A DNA stretch of 53,333 nucleotides. Source: Phycisphaerales bacterium (GTDB lineage: Bacteria > Planctomycetota > Phycisphaerae > UBA1845 > UTPLA1). This document shows positions 1 to 8,343 of the stretch, piece after piece; the first letter of the stretch is position 1, and each line of letters starts with the position of its first letter. The notes beneath the pieces were generated by a model, which did not search any database, was not told where the DNA came from, and saw only the letters and a list, made by a program, of their open reading frames with translations. The position numbers were made by a program, and so were the translations under genes. The stretch is taken from the NCBI GenBank assembly GCA_022360095.1, contig JAKSDK010000795.1, positions 1 through 53,333 of the forward strand, written 5' to 3'.

Positions 1-124
1 GGAATCCTTTCCTGTCTTTTGCTCGCTCCAGCTATGCACGTTTTTGTTCTCCGCAACGAATACATGGGAAGTGATTCCCATGGAGATGGGACCGAGAAAG
101 GATTCTCGGTCCAGCACAGCATAG

Positions 125-547
125 TTACCAATCTGTACAGTCATCAAATGTCGATAGTGGTGCCGTGTTCCCTTCAAATCCTTTAGAGAGCAAAAGCGAT
201 TCGACTTTCTTCGCGAAATCCAGATCGATTTTTATGGAACCGAACTGCAAATGCACGATATATTTTCTTTCGGACAACCACATTGACTGAAGTGATACCA
301 TCGCCTTATCTTTTTTGATGGTCAAAAAAATAGATTGGAAATCGCTTGGCGTGTCTTTCTGCGTAGTGTAGTTTACGATTTCGATCTCTGCATCAAGAGA
401 TTCGAGAATCGAGGGCCAACTGCCGAGAAACTCATGAGGGAGGTTGAAACCCCTGCCGAGACGTTTGAATGGTACGCGTTTTTTATTCATCTTGGTTAGA
501 ATCCAATAATGCCCCTCAGTATCTCCCTGAGCATAACTTTGAAACAA
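125..547 (-). CDS. Hypothetical small protein directly downstream of the Rhs toxin C-terminus; putative cognate immunity protein. An in-frame ATG at 490 (MNKKRVPF...) is a likely alternative start that would not overlap the toxin stop at 496.
   Basis: ORF track (140 aa). It sits on the same strand immediately 3' of the Rhs CT domain. The region is strikingly AT-rich relative to the rest of the window. No recognisable family. Confidence 0.4.
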   Translation of the reverse strand: MFQSYAQGDTEGHYWILTKMNKKRVPFKRLGRGFNLPHEFLGSWPSILESLDAEIEIVNYTTQKDTPSDFQSIFLTIKKDKAMVSLQSMWLSERKYIVHLQFGSIKIDLDFAKKVESLLLSKGFEGNTAPLSTFDDCTDW

Positions 548-2594
548 CTACCCGTACAGAGCGCACCTGCACCAGACACTCTGCCAGTAAACAAAGCTGG
601 GATTGGAATTCCTTGAAACCAGCGAGGGGCCCAACCAGATGCTGCAAGAGCAATTCTACCGTAGAAGGGATTCCCGAAAAACCAAGTCGGTCGCAAGCCG
701 ACACCGTAGAAAAACGATCCTCCTCGATAACCCATCCACATAACACCTGGCGACAAACACGGTGCACCGAATTGAAAAGCCAAGCCCGCGCCGATGACAA
801 CAGTGCCCGCCTTACCAACTGCGATGAGTTGCTCTTCGTTCAGTTTCGTCGTTGCTAACGCCCACCGGTCCCACCAGATATCAGGAGCCAGTCCCGATGG
901 ATCGACATTCATCGCAGGTGAATTATCAATGTATACGTAAACATTTGCTCCACCTTTGATCCCGATAGGATCGCGCTGCATAAAACGTCCAGAGTAAGGA
1001 TCATAGTAGCGCGCCCCAACGTGCAACCAGCCGAGTTCAGCCAAGGGGTCGCACCAGCCACTGCCGGAAAGGCCGCCGCTGTTGTAGCAACCTGCCGATT
1101 GGTAGCCATACGCGCCTACGTAGCCGTAACGAGAATCAACGCTGCCTTGCGAATTCAAACGCTCGCCGAATGCGGAGTAGGCGACTTCTTGTAGAATTGG
1201 CGGATTGCCTACATCACTGCCGAGGATTTGTCGTGTGCTGCCGATCTGGTTGTCGGCAATATAGGCTGGCATATCGGTCTCACTCGGATCGGCGAAGCCG
1301 AGCTCGGAGAGATACGCTGTGCCTTCTGTCACTACGCCGTTGGAATCGACGGTGTAGTCGCTGTAGATGTCGTCGCCGAGATACTCTCGCCATTGCGCAC
1401 CGGGCAGAACGGCGAAGTTGTCGTTCGGATCGCGCGGGCGAATCATGTAACGCTGGCGACCGGATTGGTGACGATACTCGGCAGCGCCGTCCCAGACGAC
1501 ATTGGTCAGGTCGCCTGTGACCGAGTCGTAGTTGCCCGATCCGGAAACGGCCAGCCAGAGCTGGCCCGACGTGGTGTAATAGAACCAATAGGCGCGCGTT
1601 TCCGGTGTTGGCTGCAATGTTTCTTGCACCAGCCGGGCGATGTTGCCTTCGGCGCCGTAGAGATACCATCTCCGTTCGATCGTCTCGCCCGTGAAGGCCA
1701 CGACGTCGGACGACAGCAGACGGTTGTTGTGCTGGTCACCGTCGTCGGGCTCGGTGATGTCGTAGTGGTAATAGGTCGTGTGCCCGGCGATGAAATTGGT
1801 CTTTGTTAAACGATTGCCGCCCTGGTCGTAGGTGTAGGCAAAGTCGTACGTCAGCGGCGCGCCGCGCATTTCGTAGACCAGCCGGTTGCGAAAGTCGTAT
1901 TCGAACAACCGCGTCTCGCTCGAACCCTGCGAATCCGTCTCGGTGATCGCCTCCAGTAAACCATCGGCCGTGTAAGTGTAGCCCAGTTGCAATTGGGTTT
2001 GTCCCGTTGCGCACTCTCGCCCTCAATGACGATCCCACCGGCATTCAGAACGGAACCGACCGAGATCGTCGGCCAGAAGGCCAGCGTCGTCTGGGCCAGC
2101 GGGTCCGGCGGATTCTCGGTTTCGCGACTCTGTTGGCCCCACTCGTCGTACTCGTATTCCGTGACCACGCCGTTCGGGCCCGTCACGCGATACACCTGAC
2201 CGTTCCAGTCGTCGGGATCAGAGCCGGTGAACTCGTTGGCGCCGTAATAGTCGATCGTCGTGACCGCTTCGAAGTTGCCGTAGCCGTCCGCCGGTTCGAT
2301 GATGCTGGTCGGGCTCGTGGGGTGATCGTTGTTCTCGTACCGAATCTCCACCAGCTTGAACGGATTGCTCGTGCCCGGCACGAGGTCGTCGGGCGGGGCC
2401 ATGGTTCGAAGGTTGTTCAACGCGTCGTAGGTGAAGGTCGTGACGTGACCCAGTTGCTGAAAAAAGACGCCCCGCCGTTCTCGGTGGAGAAGGCGAGGCG
2501 TGCGAGGGAGTGGTGAATCGGGCGCTACCGTAGAGGAGACAAAGAAATCACTCCTCACCATCGTCATGGGCGGGAGGAATGAAATAGCGTCCAC
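496..2594 (-). CDS. Rhs/YD-repeat polymorphic toxin fragment, an orphan rhs-CT module. It is split into two frames (ORFs 1851..2594 and 496..1992) by a frameshift near 2005-2025. No convincing translational start.
   Basis: Repeated YD motifs (TFTYDALNNL, VTEYEYDEWG, LTYDFAYTYDQGGN, YYHYDITEPDD). RHS core-end signature ...GARYYDPYSGRFMQRDPIGIKGG... is followed by a ~130-aa non-repetitive C-terminal tail. The two ORFs join in sense (..GGIVIEGE / GQTQLQLGYTY..) if one indel is assumed. The annotated N-terminus reads through a terminator hairpin at 2468-2497. Confidence 0.6.
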
Positions 2595-2677
2595 ACTCCG
2601 GACAACGGTTTTCGACCAAGCCTGTTAGATCGTATCCGCAGAAATAACAAGCGTTGGCCGATTTTGAAACTTTTCTC
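2461..2677. repeat. Copy A of a ~215-bp direct repeat, ~93% identical to 3040..3256. It holds the 3' end of a zinc-ribbon gene plus a near-perfect palindromic hairpin with a T-tract on the minus strand (a terminator-like element).
   Basis: Direct comparison of the two stretches. The hairpin core is gccccgccgttctcNgtggagaaggcgNggc. Confidence 0.8.
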
Positions 2678-2856
2678 GGGTAAAACCAAGACAACGCGAT
2701 TCCTGATAGCCCAAGAGCGACACTCATCACCCAACAAAGAATCCACGAGGTGCCAAGCTGGTGGCGAACGCTATATACCCACAAAGATCCAAAGACTCCG
2801 AGACCGACGAAGAAAACCAAGTATATCACCCTCGCGATGAGTAACAACGTCTTCAA
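2548..2856 (-). CDS. Small membrane protein with two predicted TM helices and a C-terminal zinc-ribbon (CYFCGYDLTGLVENRCPECG). Paralog of 3112..3456.
   Basis: ORF track. Hydrophobic N-terminal half. The C-terminal 36 aa are identical to those of ORF 3112..3456. Confidence 0.6.
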   Translation of the reverse strand: MKTLLLIARVIYLVFFVGLGVFGSLWVYSVRHQLGTSWILCWVMSVALGLSGIALSWFYPRKVSKSANACYFCGYDLTGLVENRCPECGRYFIPPAHDDGEE

Positions 2857-3039
2857 TGATTACCTCCTAAGGAGCGCCTTCAGGTTCGGAGGAGTCGTTT
2901 GATGAATTAAATTTACACTGCAAAGCGTATTGCGTGCTGAACCGCGAATCCTTTCTCGGTCTCTATGCGTCACAGGAATCTTTTCCTGATCGGTTTCCTC
3001 GCGACGGCGAATGCGCTCTCTTGAAGAAAGAGGCCCCGC

Positions 3040-3256
3040 CGTTCTCCGTGGAGAAGGCGGGGCGTGCGAGGGAGTGGTGAATCGGGTGCTACCGTAGAGG
3101 AGACGAAGAAATCATTCCTCACCATCATCATGGGCGGGAGGAATGAAATAGCGCCCACACTCCGGACAACGGTTCTCGACCAAGCCTGTTAGATCGTATC
3201 CGCAGAAATAACAAGCGTTGGCCGGTTTTGAAATCTTTTTCGGGTAGTTCCAAGTC
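3040..3256. repeat. Copy B of the ~215-bp direct repeat (see 2461..2677). Its hairpin at 3047-3075 is followed on the minus strand by tctttcttc.
   Basis: Direct sequence comparison. The ORF 2970..3158 (MGAISFLPPMMMVRNDFFVSSTVAPDSPLPRTPRLL...) mirrors the start of ORF 1851..2594 because both lie inside the repeat. Confidence 0.8.
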
Positions 3257-3456
3257 AATAATATTGCCAATATTCCTGGGATTGCTATCGCCCAGAGCAG
3301 CATAATCGAGATGGGCTTGATACCAAGGCTGTACTCCCAGATTGACGCGGCGATCAAACCGCCGATGGTGACAACAAGGTACGATGCCTTAACGATATGC
3401 GGCAGCATCCTCACTGGACGTCTCCTAAGGGGTATGTTCCAGTCCGGAGGAATCAT
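3112..3456 (-). CDS. Small membrane protein with two predicted TM helices and a C-terminal zinc-ribbon (CYFCGYDLTGLVENRCPECG). Its start overlaps the 3' end of the upstream secreted-protein gene.
   Basis: ORF track. Same architecture as 2548..2856 with a diverged N-terminus. It overlaps gene 3425..4828 by 32 nt. Confidence 0.6.
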   Translation of the reverse strand: MIPPDWNIPLRRRPVRMLPHIVKASYLVVTIGGLIAASIWEYSLGIKPISIMLLWAIAIPGILAILLTWNYPKKISKPANACYFCGYDLTGLVENRCPECGRYFIPPAHDDGEE

Positions 3457-4828
3457 CAGGTGAATTACAGTTTATACTGCAAGGTATGTCACCGTCGCAC
3501 GGGCATTCCAGTGCGGTCACGCATGCACACCAATTCTGCTGTATTTGATCCAGCAATTCTTGTAGCGCCTCCGAAAGCCGGTCGATTTTCTTTTGCGCCT
3601 CTTTGATAGCAATTTCGGTCAGGTCCTTGGCTTCCGCCTTTGCGTCGGCGATTGTGATTTCTGCAAGCGCCGTGGCTGCATACATGGCAATAGCATAGGT
3701 GGCCGCCGCCGTCACGGCGCAACCAATCGCTGCCCACTGACCTACAGGTGGGGGGATGAGCAAAAATCTTCCGCAAACACCTGTAGCTACAACCCACGCC
3801 AATGTTGCGGCTAACATTTGCATTTCCATTGTCTTCAATGCTGTATTGATCTTCCGATCGCGCGCTCGATTTATCTTTTCCCGTTCCAGCTTGAGATCCT
3901 CATTGATGTCATCTACGGCCTCATTGTAATCCTCCCACGCTTTGTTCTCCGCTTGGGCAGAATTATTATGGCAGTCATCGCAGTCTACTGAGTTTGGGAT
4001 CGCAAGGATATCATCAATGGCGTCGAGCAAGTCGGCCACTGAGGACGGCTGAAAATCGATATCATCGGACGGCGCCTGTTGATCGCCATCGTCGGCAGCC
4101 TGTTCCGGTTCGTCGGGAATCTCGATGAGATCCTGGAAGAGAACGCCGCACTGATCGACTTGGCCCTGGATCAGAAGATACGACACACTCGTGCCTGTCT
4201 CTGCGTCGATTCCATGTGTCGCTTCGCCGTAGATCGAAAGCTCGGCCGTCCCGGTGGAGATCGTGCCGCCGACCTGGGCCTTGGAAACCTGGTCTGCTTC
4301 GATTAGCTCCGCGTAGTCTTCCTCGGATATCGCGTTGTCCGTCAATGATTGAATAAGTTGGCTGGCCGTCGCAGTGTCCTCCACCAGATCGGAGACCTCG
4401 GCGATGAGCAATTGCTGCTCGACTGATCCAGCGATGAGCTGTCGAAGATTGACGGGCCGGTAGGTCGTGATCTCCAGCGTGAACGCGAAGCCGTGTCGCG
4501 TTGTCCCCTGGTAGACACCGTTGCCGGTCACCGGGTCATTCAACGGAAAGAGGAGGTCCCGATCGGCGTAGTTTGGAAGCTCCGTGTCCGGGTCAACATA
4601 ATCCATCCACGGTTCATCGACGCCGAAGAGTGTCTTGAAGATGTCCCGTTGTTCGTCGAGATAGGTCCAGTTTTCAGAAAGCTGTGAATAGTCTGTGTTC
4701 TCGCAAATCGGAACGGCGTCTCCGGGGGTGAACGAAAGCGGCTGGTCTCCTAGCACCACGACAGGCGTCCACAACATCAGGATCATACATAAGACGGCGG
4801 TTGCTTTTTGGTTGAATCTTTGAATCAT
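3425..4828 (-). CDS. Secreted/membrane hypothetical protein. It has a signal peptide, an acidic linker, coiled-coil segments, two TM helices and a Cys-rich C-terminus.
   Basis: The ORF track gives 3425..5047. The start is refined to ATG 4828 (MIQRFNQKATAVLCMILMLWTPVVVLG = signal peptide), preceded by AAGGAGA 7 nt upstream on the minus strand. Confidence 0.6.
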   Translation of the reverse strand: MIQRFNQKATAVLCMILMLWTPVVVLGDQPLSFTPGDAVPICENTDYSQLSENWTYLDEQRDIFKTLFGVDEPWMDYVDPDTELPNYADRDLLFPLNDPVTGNGVYQGTTRHGFAFTLEITTYRPVNLRQLIAGSVEQQLLIAEVSDLVEDTATASQLIQSLTDNAISEEDYAELIEADQVSKAQVGGTISTGTAELSIYGEATHGIDAETGTSVSYLLIQGQVDQCGVLFQDLIEIPDEPEQAADDGDQQAPSDDIDFQPSSVADLLDAIDDILAIPNSVDCDDCHNNSAQAENKAWEDYNEAVDDINEDLKLEREKINRARDRKINTALKTMEMQMLAATLAWVVATGVCGRFLLIPPPVGQWAAIGCAVTAAATYAIAMYAATALAEITIADAKAEAKDLTEIAIKEAQKKIDRLSEALQELLDQIQQNWCACVTALECPCDGDIPCSINCNSPDDSSGLEHTP

Positions 4829-5102
4829 CTCTTTCTCCTTCGTTTCACTTTCCTTAGAAATGCACCGCATTGTCCAATTCTTTTTTGGTCCATCATCATG
4901 TGAATCCACTTGTGAACATGCCGACCCGATGAATACGGTTTTGATTGTCGTCGCGGAGTTCCGACCCGGATATAGACCAGAATAGACAATATAAGAGAAG
5001 AAATGCAAACACATTTTTTCTTGGATGTGCCATGCAGTGTGGCACACTTAGAGAAAAAACTTACAGAAATGATATTTTGATGTGGCGCGCGGACTTTGCG
5101 TT

Positions 5103-5132
5103 CACCAAAACCCCGGGCAGGCCTGCCCGGGG
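5103..5132 (-). terminator. Rho-independent terminator of pilT.
   Basis: Perfect GC-rich inverted repeat ccccgggcagg/cctgcccgggg (5111-5132) with a 3' tract ttttggt on the minus strand, 40 nt after the pilT stop. Confidence 0.7.
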
Positions 5133-5172
5133 CTTTGGGAGTTGTGACAACTACGCAGGTGCGTTTCCAGAT

Positions 5173-6306
5173 TCAGGAATTCATTTCTTCGATGAACGCG
5201 CCGGGATTGTTGGCCCATTTCTCCGCTTCAAGGGGCGTGATCACGCCGCTCTTGGCCAGGTGTGCCAAGGAACGTTCCAACGTAATCATGCGCTCGTCGG
5301 GCGTGTTCTTGGTGCGCGTTTGCAACTGGCTGTAGATCTGCTCGATCTTGGAAAGACGGATGAGGTTCGAGACCGAGTAAATGTTGTTCAACACTTCCAT
5401 CGCCACGACACGGCCGCTGCCGTCCGCACGGGGAATCAGCTTTTGCGAAATGATGTGACTGAGTCCCAGAGAAAGCTGGCTCGCGACCTCGTCCTGTTGG
5501 TTGGGGGGGAACATGTCCAGGACGCGAGTGACCGTGCCCCGAGCATCGCGTGTATGCAACGTGGAGAAGACCAGGTGGCCCGTTTCCGCGGCGGTCAGTG
5601 TCCAGGTCGTCGAATCGCGATCGCGCATCTCACCGACGAAGATCACGTCGGGGTCCTCGCGCAGGCAGTCGCGCAGGCCGCGCTCATAGCTGAGCACGTC
5701 GCGTCCCACTTCTCGCTGGGAAATCAGCGCAGCCTTGCTCTTCAACCGATACTCCACCGGATCTTCGAGCGTGATGATGCGGCAGGCACGGGTTTCCGCG
5801 ATGCGATCGAGCATGGATGCGATGGTCGTCGACTTTCCGGCGCCGGTGACGCCTGTCACCAGAACGAGACCCTGCTGCTTTTGGATGATGTCCCGCCATA
5901 CGTCGTTGGGAAACCCAATCGCTTCGACGGACGGCGGCGTAGACTCCAGTGCGCGCACGGCAATCGCCAGGCCGTCATTTTCGTGAAAACAGTTTAGTCG
6001 AAACTGCATCTTCTCCGTAAAGCAGGAGCTGTCGGCAGAGCGATGCTCCTCCAAGTGTTCCAGCTCCGTTTCGCTAAGCAGGCATTCAACCAGTGCGCGA
6101 ACGGTCTCTTCGTCCAGCGGCGGGCCTTTCATTTTTTGCAGGAGGCCGTCCACACGGTAGATCGGCGGGTTGCCGGCTTTAAGATGCAGATCGGACACAC
6201 GCATCGAACCTGCCTTGACGAAGTAGTCGAGCAGGTCGAGCATGCTCAGCTTGCTGTCCGGTCCGACGGCATAGACTTTGGAATCGAGTTCGTATTTGGA
6301 AGACAT
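5173..6306 (-). CDS. pilT: Type IV pilus retraction ATPase PilT (PilT/PilU family).
   Basis: Walker A GVTGAGKSTT, GEMRD Asp box, FSTLHT His box. The ORF track gives 5173..6429; the ATG at 6306 (MSSKYELD...) is the likely start. Confidence 0.85.
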   Translation of the reverse strand: MSSKYELDSKVYAVGPDSKLSMLDLLDYFVKAGSMRVSDLHLKAGNPPIYRVDGLLQKMKGPPLDEETVRALVECLLSETELEHLEEHRSADSSCFTEKMQFRLNCFHENDGLAIAVRALESTPPSVEAIGFPNDVWRDIIQKQQGLVLVTGVTGAGKSTTIASMLDRIAETRACRIITLEDPVEYRLKSKAALISQREVGRDVLSYERGLRDCLREDPDVIFVGEMRDRDSTTWTLTAAETGHLVFSTLHTRDARGTVTRVLDMFPPNQQDEVASQLSLGLSHIISQKLIPRADGSGRVVAMEVLNNIYSVSNLIRLSKIEQIYSQLQTRTKNTPDERMITLERSLAHLAKSGVITPLEAEKWANNPGAFIEEMNS

Positions 6307-6394
6307 CGCGCTTTCCTGGTGGGCAAATCGGAATGATCGTTGCAGGTCGCTCTTAATAGAATACGCAATCAGCGACAAAAAGGCCAGTCGTTCG

Positions 6395-6700
6395 TCAGGG
6401 TTCGATCGCCGACTGATAACAAGTGACACAGAGTCGCCGCCCGTCCGAAAGGTGATGGACTTGGGGAAACACGCTTCCGCACTTATGACAGATCCCGGGC
6501 GCGCTGGGCGGGATGGGACGACCGTCGAGATGGAACTTGCGTCGACGCGTTTCCATGTCGCTTTGTTTTTGCCTGCGCCTCAATAACATGATCTTCACGC
6601 CGGTCCAGAAAGCGATGAGCAGCATGAAGCAGAAGCCCACGAATACAAGGACCCCGAGAAGAAAGATGATGTTCAGACCGAAACCTTGAAGCTGGTCCAT
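6395..6700 (-). CDS. Small membrane protein with one TM helix and a C-terminal Cys4-type zinc finger (CHKCG...CVTC).
   Basis: ORF track. Hydrophobic N-terminus, basic stretch, CxxC...CxxC. On the same strand upstream of pilT. Confidence 0.4.
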   Translation of the reverse strand: MDQLQGFGLNIIFLLGVLVFVGFCFMLLIAFWTGVKIMLLRRRQKQSDMETRRRKFHLDGRPIPPSAPGICHKCGSVFPQVHHLSDGRRLCVTCYQSAIEP

Positions 6701-6869
6701 TGCTGTTGCCCACCCGGAGAGCCTGCGCTGTTTCTCGATCCCGTCGTCTGTTGAACGGCCGCCTACGTAAGGTGCATCATGTATCTATTACGGGAATGAG
6801 ATTTACGGGGCACAATTGTTTGGGGCGGTATGGTCCGGGGGGGCTTTGATCAACGTGCCCGTTCCCGGA

Positions 6870-8174
6870 TCAGCCGGGCTGAGTCGGCTCGGCCGCCGAA
6901 ATCGTTTTCCCAGCAGCTTTTTGGAGGTCCAGACACACGACCGTCTTATGATCACGGGCGTACAGCCTGCCGCGGCAAAGTACGGGCACGGTCCAACATC
7001 GAGGTCCTTGTTGCTGTCGTGTGAGCTTTTGCCATACCTCGAAGCTTTCGCCTTGAAACAGCTTGGCGACGGCCTTGGGTATGAAGTCTTTCGGAGACGC
7101 CTTGGCGATCTGAAGTTCGCCTTTTTCCGTCAGTAGAATCAAATGGCCGTCGGCAGCGACCAATGTGCCGTGTCGGATGCCGCCTTTTCGCCAGTGACGC
7201 TTTCCGGTCATGAAGCCTACGCATTTCAAGCCGTTCTCGTCGCTGGTGTAAAGATGGCCGTCGACCAGGACCGGCGACTGAAATTTGTTTCGTATTTTCT
7301 TGCTCCTCCACACCTCCGTGCTCACAAGACGATCGTCGCTCCGCGTCAATTTGAAGAGTCCTGCGCCGTAACCGTAGCCGGTGCAGACAAAGAGATGGCC
7401 GTCGTGAAAAATCGGTGTCGAGGCGTTGACGCCCGAGTGAGAAGGCCATGGGATTCGAAGCACTTGCTTCCCCGTTTCGATTTCGGCAACGATGGCGCTT
7501 TCCGCCATCATTCCGCACACGTAGCGGTGACCGTCCAGCGTGAACGGGTAGGGTGTTGCATACCCCGGAGGTTCATCGCCACATTTCCAGACCGTTTTGC
7601 CCGTGTTCTTGTTCATCGCGCAAAGCGAACCGTCTGATCCGCCTGCGGTGACGATGGCGAGATTGCCGTGGATCAAGACGGAGCCGCTATAGCCCCAATT
7701 GGGTTTGTTTGAGAAAGCGCGTTTCCAATGCTCTCGGCCGGTGGCGGCATCAAAACAAATGACGTTCGCATGCCCTCCCATGATATAGACGCGGCCGTTA
7801 TCGACCGTGGGGGTCGCGCGTGTGCCGTAAAGATGTTTGTCCGGGTCGGTCATTTCGGGCGCGAATTGCTGTTTCCAGAGGAGATTGCCGGTCGTCGCAT
7901 CGAGGCAGATCAGCGTCTGTTTTTTTTCTTCCGAACCGCAGGTATAAAGACGATCGCCTACAATTGCGAACGAGCTGAACGCGGCGCCGACGTTGCGTTG
8001 CCACGAAACGGCGGGGCCCTTGGAAGGCCAATCGGTTTGGAATCCGCCTTCGGGACTGACGCCGTCGTGATTCGGTCCTCGAAAATTAGGCCAGTCTGAT
8101 GCAAGCGAAGAAGAGACTGCGTTGACTGCGATGATCCATCCAAGCAGAACGACGGTTTTTGCGATGTGACGCAT
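6870..8174 (-). CDS. Secreted PQQ-repeat beta-propeller protein (BamB/PQQ enzyme repeat family).
   Basis: Signal peptide MRHIAKTVVLLGWIIAVNAVSS. Repeated W-x-G-x-ux-u propeller blades (DGHLY, DGRVYI, GNLLWK). Confidence 0.65.
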   Translation of the reverse strand: MRHIAKTVVLLGWIIAVNAVSSSLASDWPNFRGPNHDGVSPEGGFQTDWPSKGPAVSWQRNVGAAFSSFAIVGDRLYTCGSEEKKQTLICLDATTGNLLWKQQFAPEMTDPDKHLYGTRATPTVDNGRVYIMGGHANVICFDAATGREHWKRAFSNKPNWGYSGSVLIHGNLAIVTAGGSDGSLCAMNKNTGKTVWKCGDEPPGYATPYPFTLDGHRYVCGMMAESAIVAEIETGKQVLRIPWPSHSGVNASTPIFHDGHLFVCTGYGYGAGLFKLTRSDDRLVSTEVWRSKKIRNKFQSPVLVDGHLYTSDENGLKCVGFMTGKRHWRKGGIRHGTLVAADGHLILLTEKGELQIAKASPKDFIPKAVAKLFQGESFEVWQKLTRQQQGPRCWTVPVLCRGRLYARDHKTVVCLDLQKAAGKTISAAEPTQPG

Positions 8175-8343
8175 GCTTGACCCTTTCGCGCGCTTCTGAG
8201 GCCTTTGAGGACGTTGAAAATCAGGATAACGGATCGTCGTTGATTCGTCTTGTCCCGTGTCGTTTTCTTGAATTCAGTGTCGATTCTGGTTATCTTCGAG
8301 CTATGTTTTGGGCGAGCCCATTTCTAAGAGGAGGTTCTTTTTT

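Noticed and set aside
1851-2594. Treating ORFs 1851..2594 and 496..1992 as two independent genes
   Set aside because: They overlap by 140 nt and their sense sequences abut across a single frameshift. I report them as one disrupted Rhs fragment.
2970-3158. 62-aa ORF resembling the N-terminus of the Rhs ORF
   Set aside because: The similarity exists only because both lie in the 215-bp direct repeat. The region is the terminator hairpin downstream of the zinc-ribbon gene, not a real coding start.
4945-5997. 350-aa plus-strand ORF
   Set aside because: It is antisense to pilT. Its composition is Arg/Ala/Gly-rich, typical of high-GC antisense frames, and it has no recognisable motifs.
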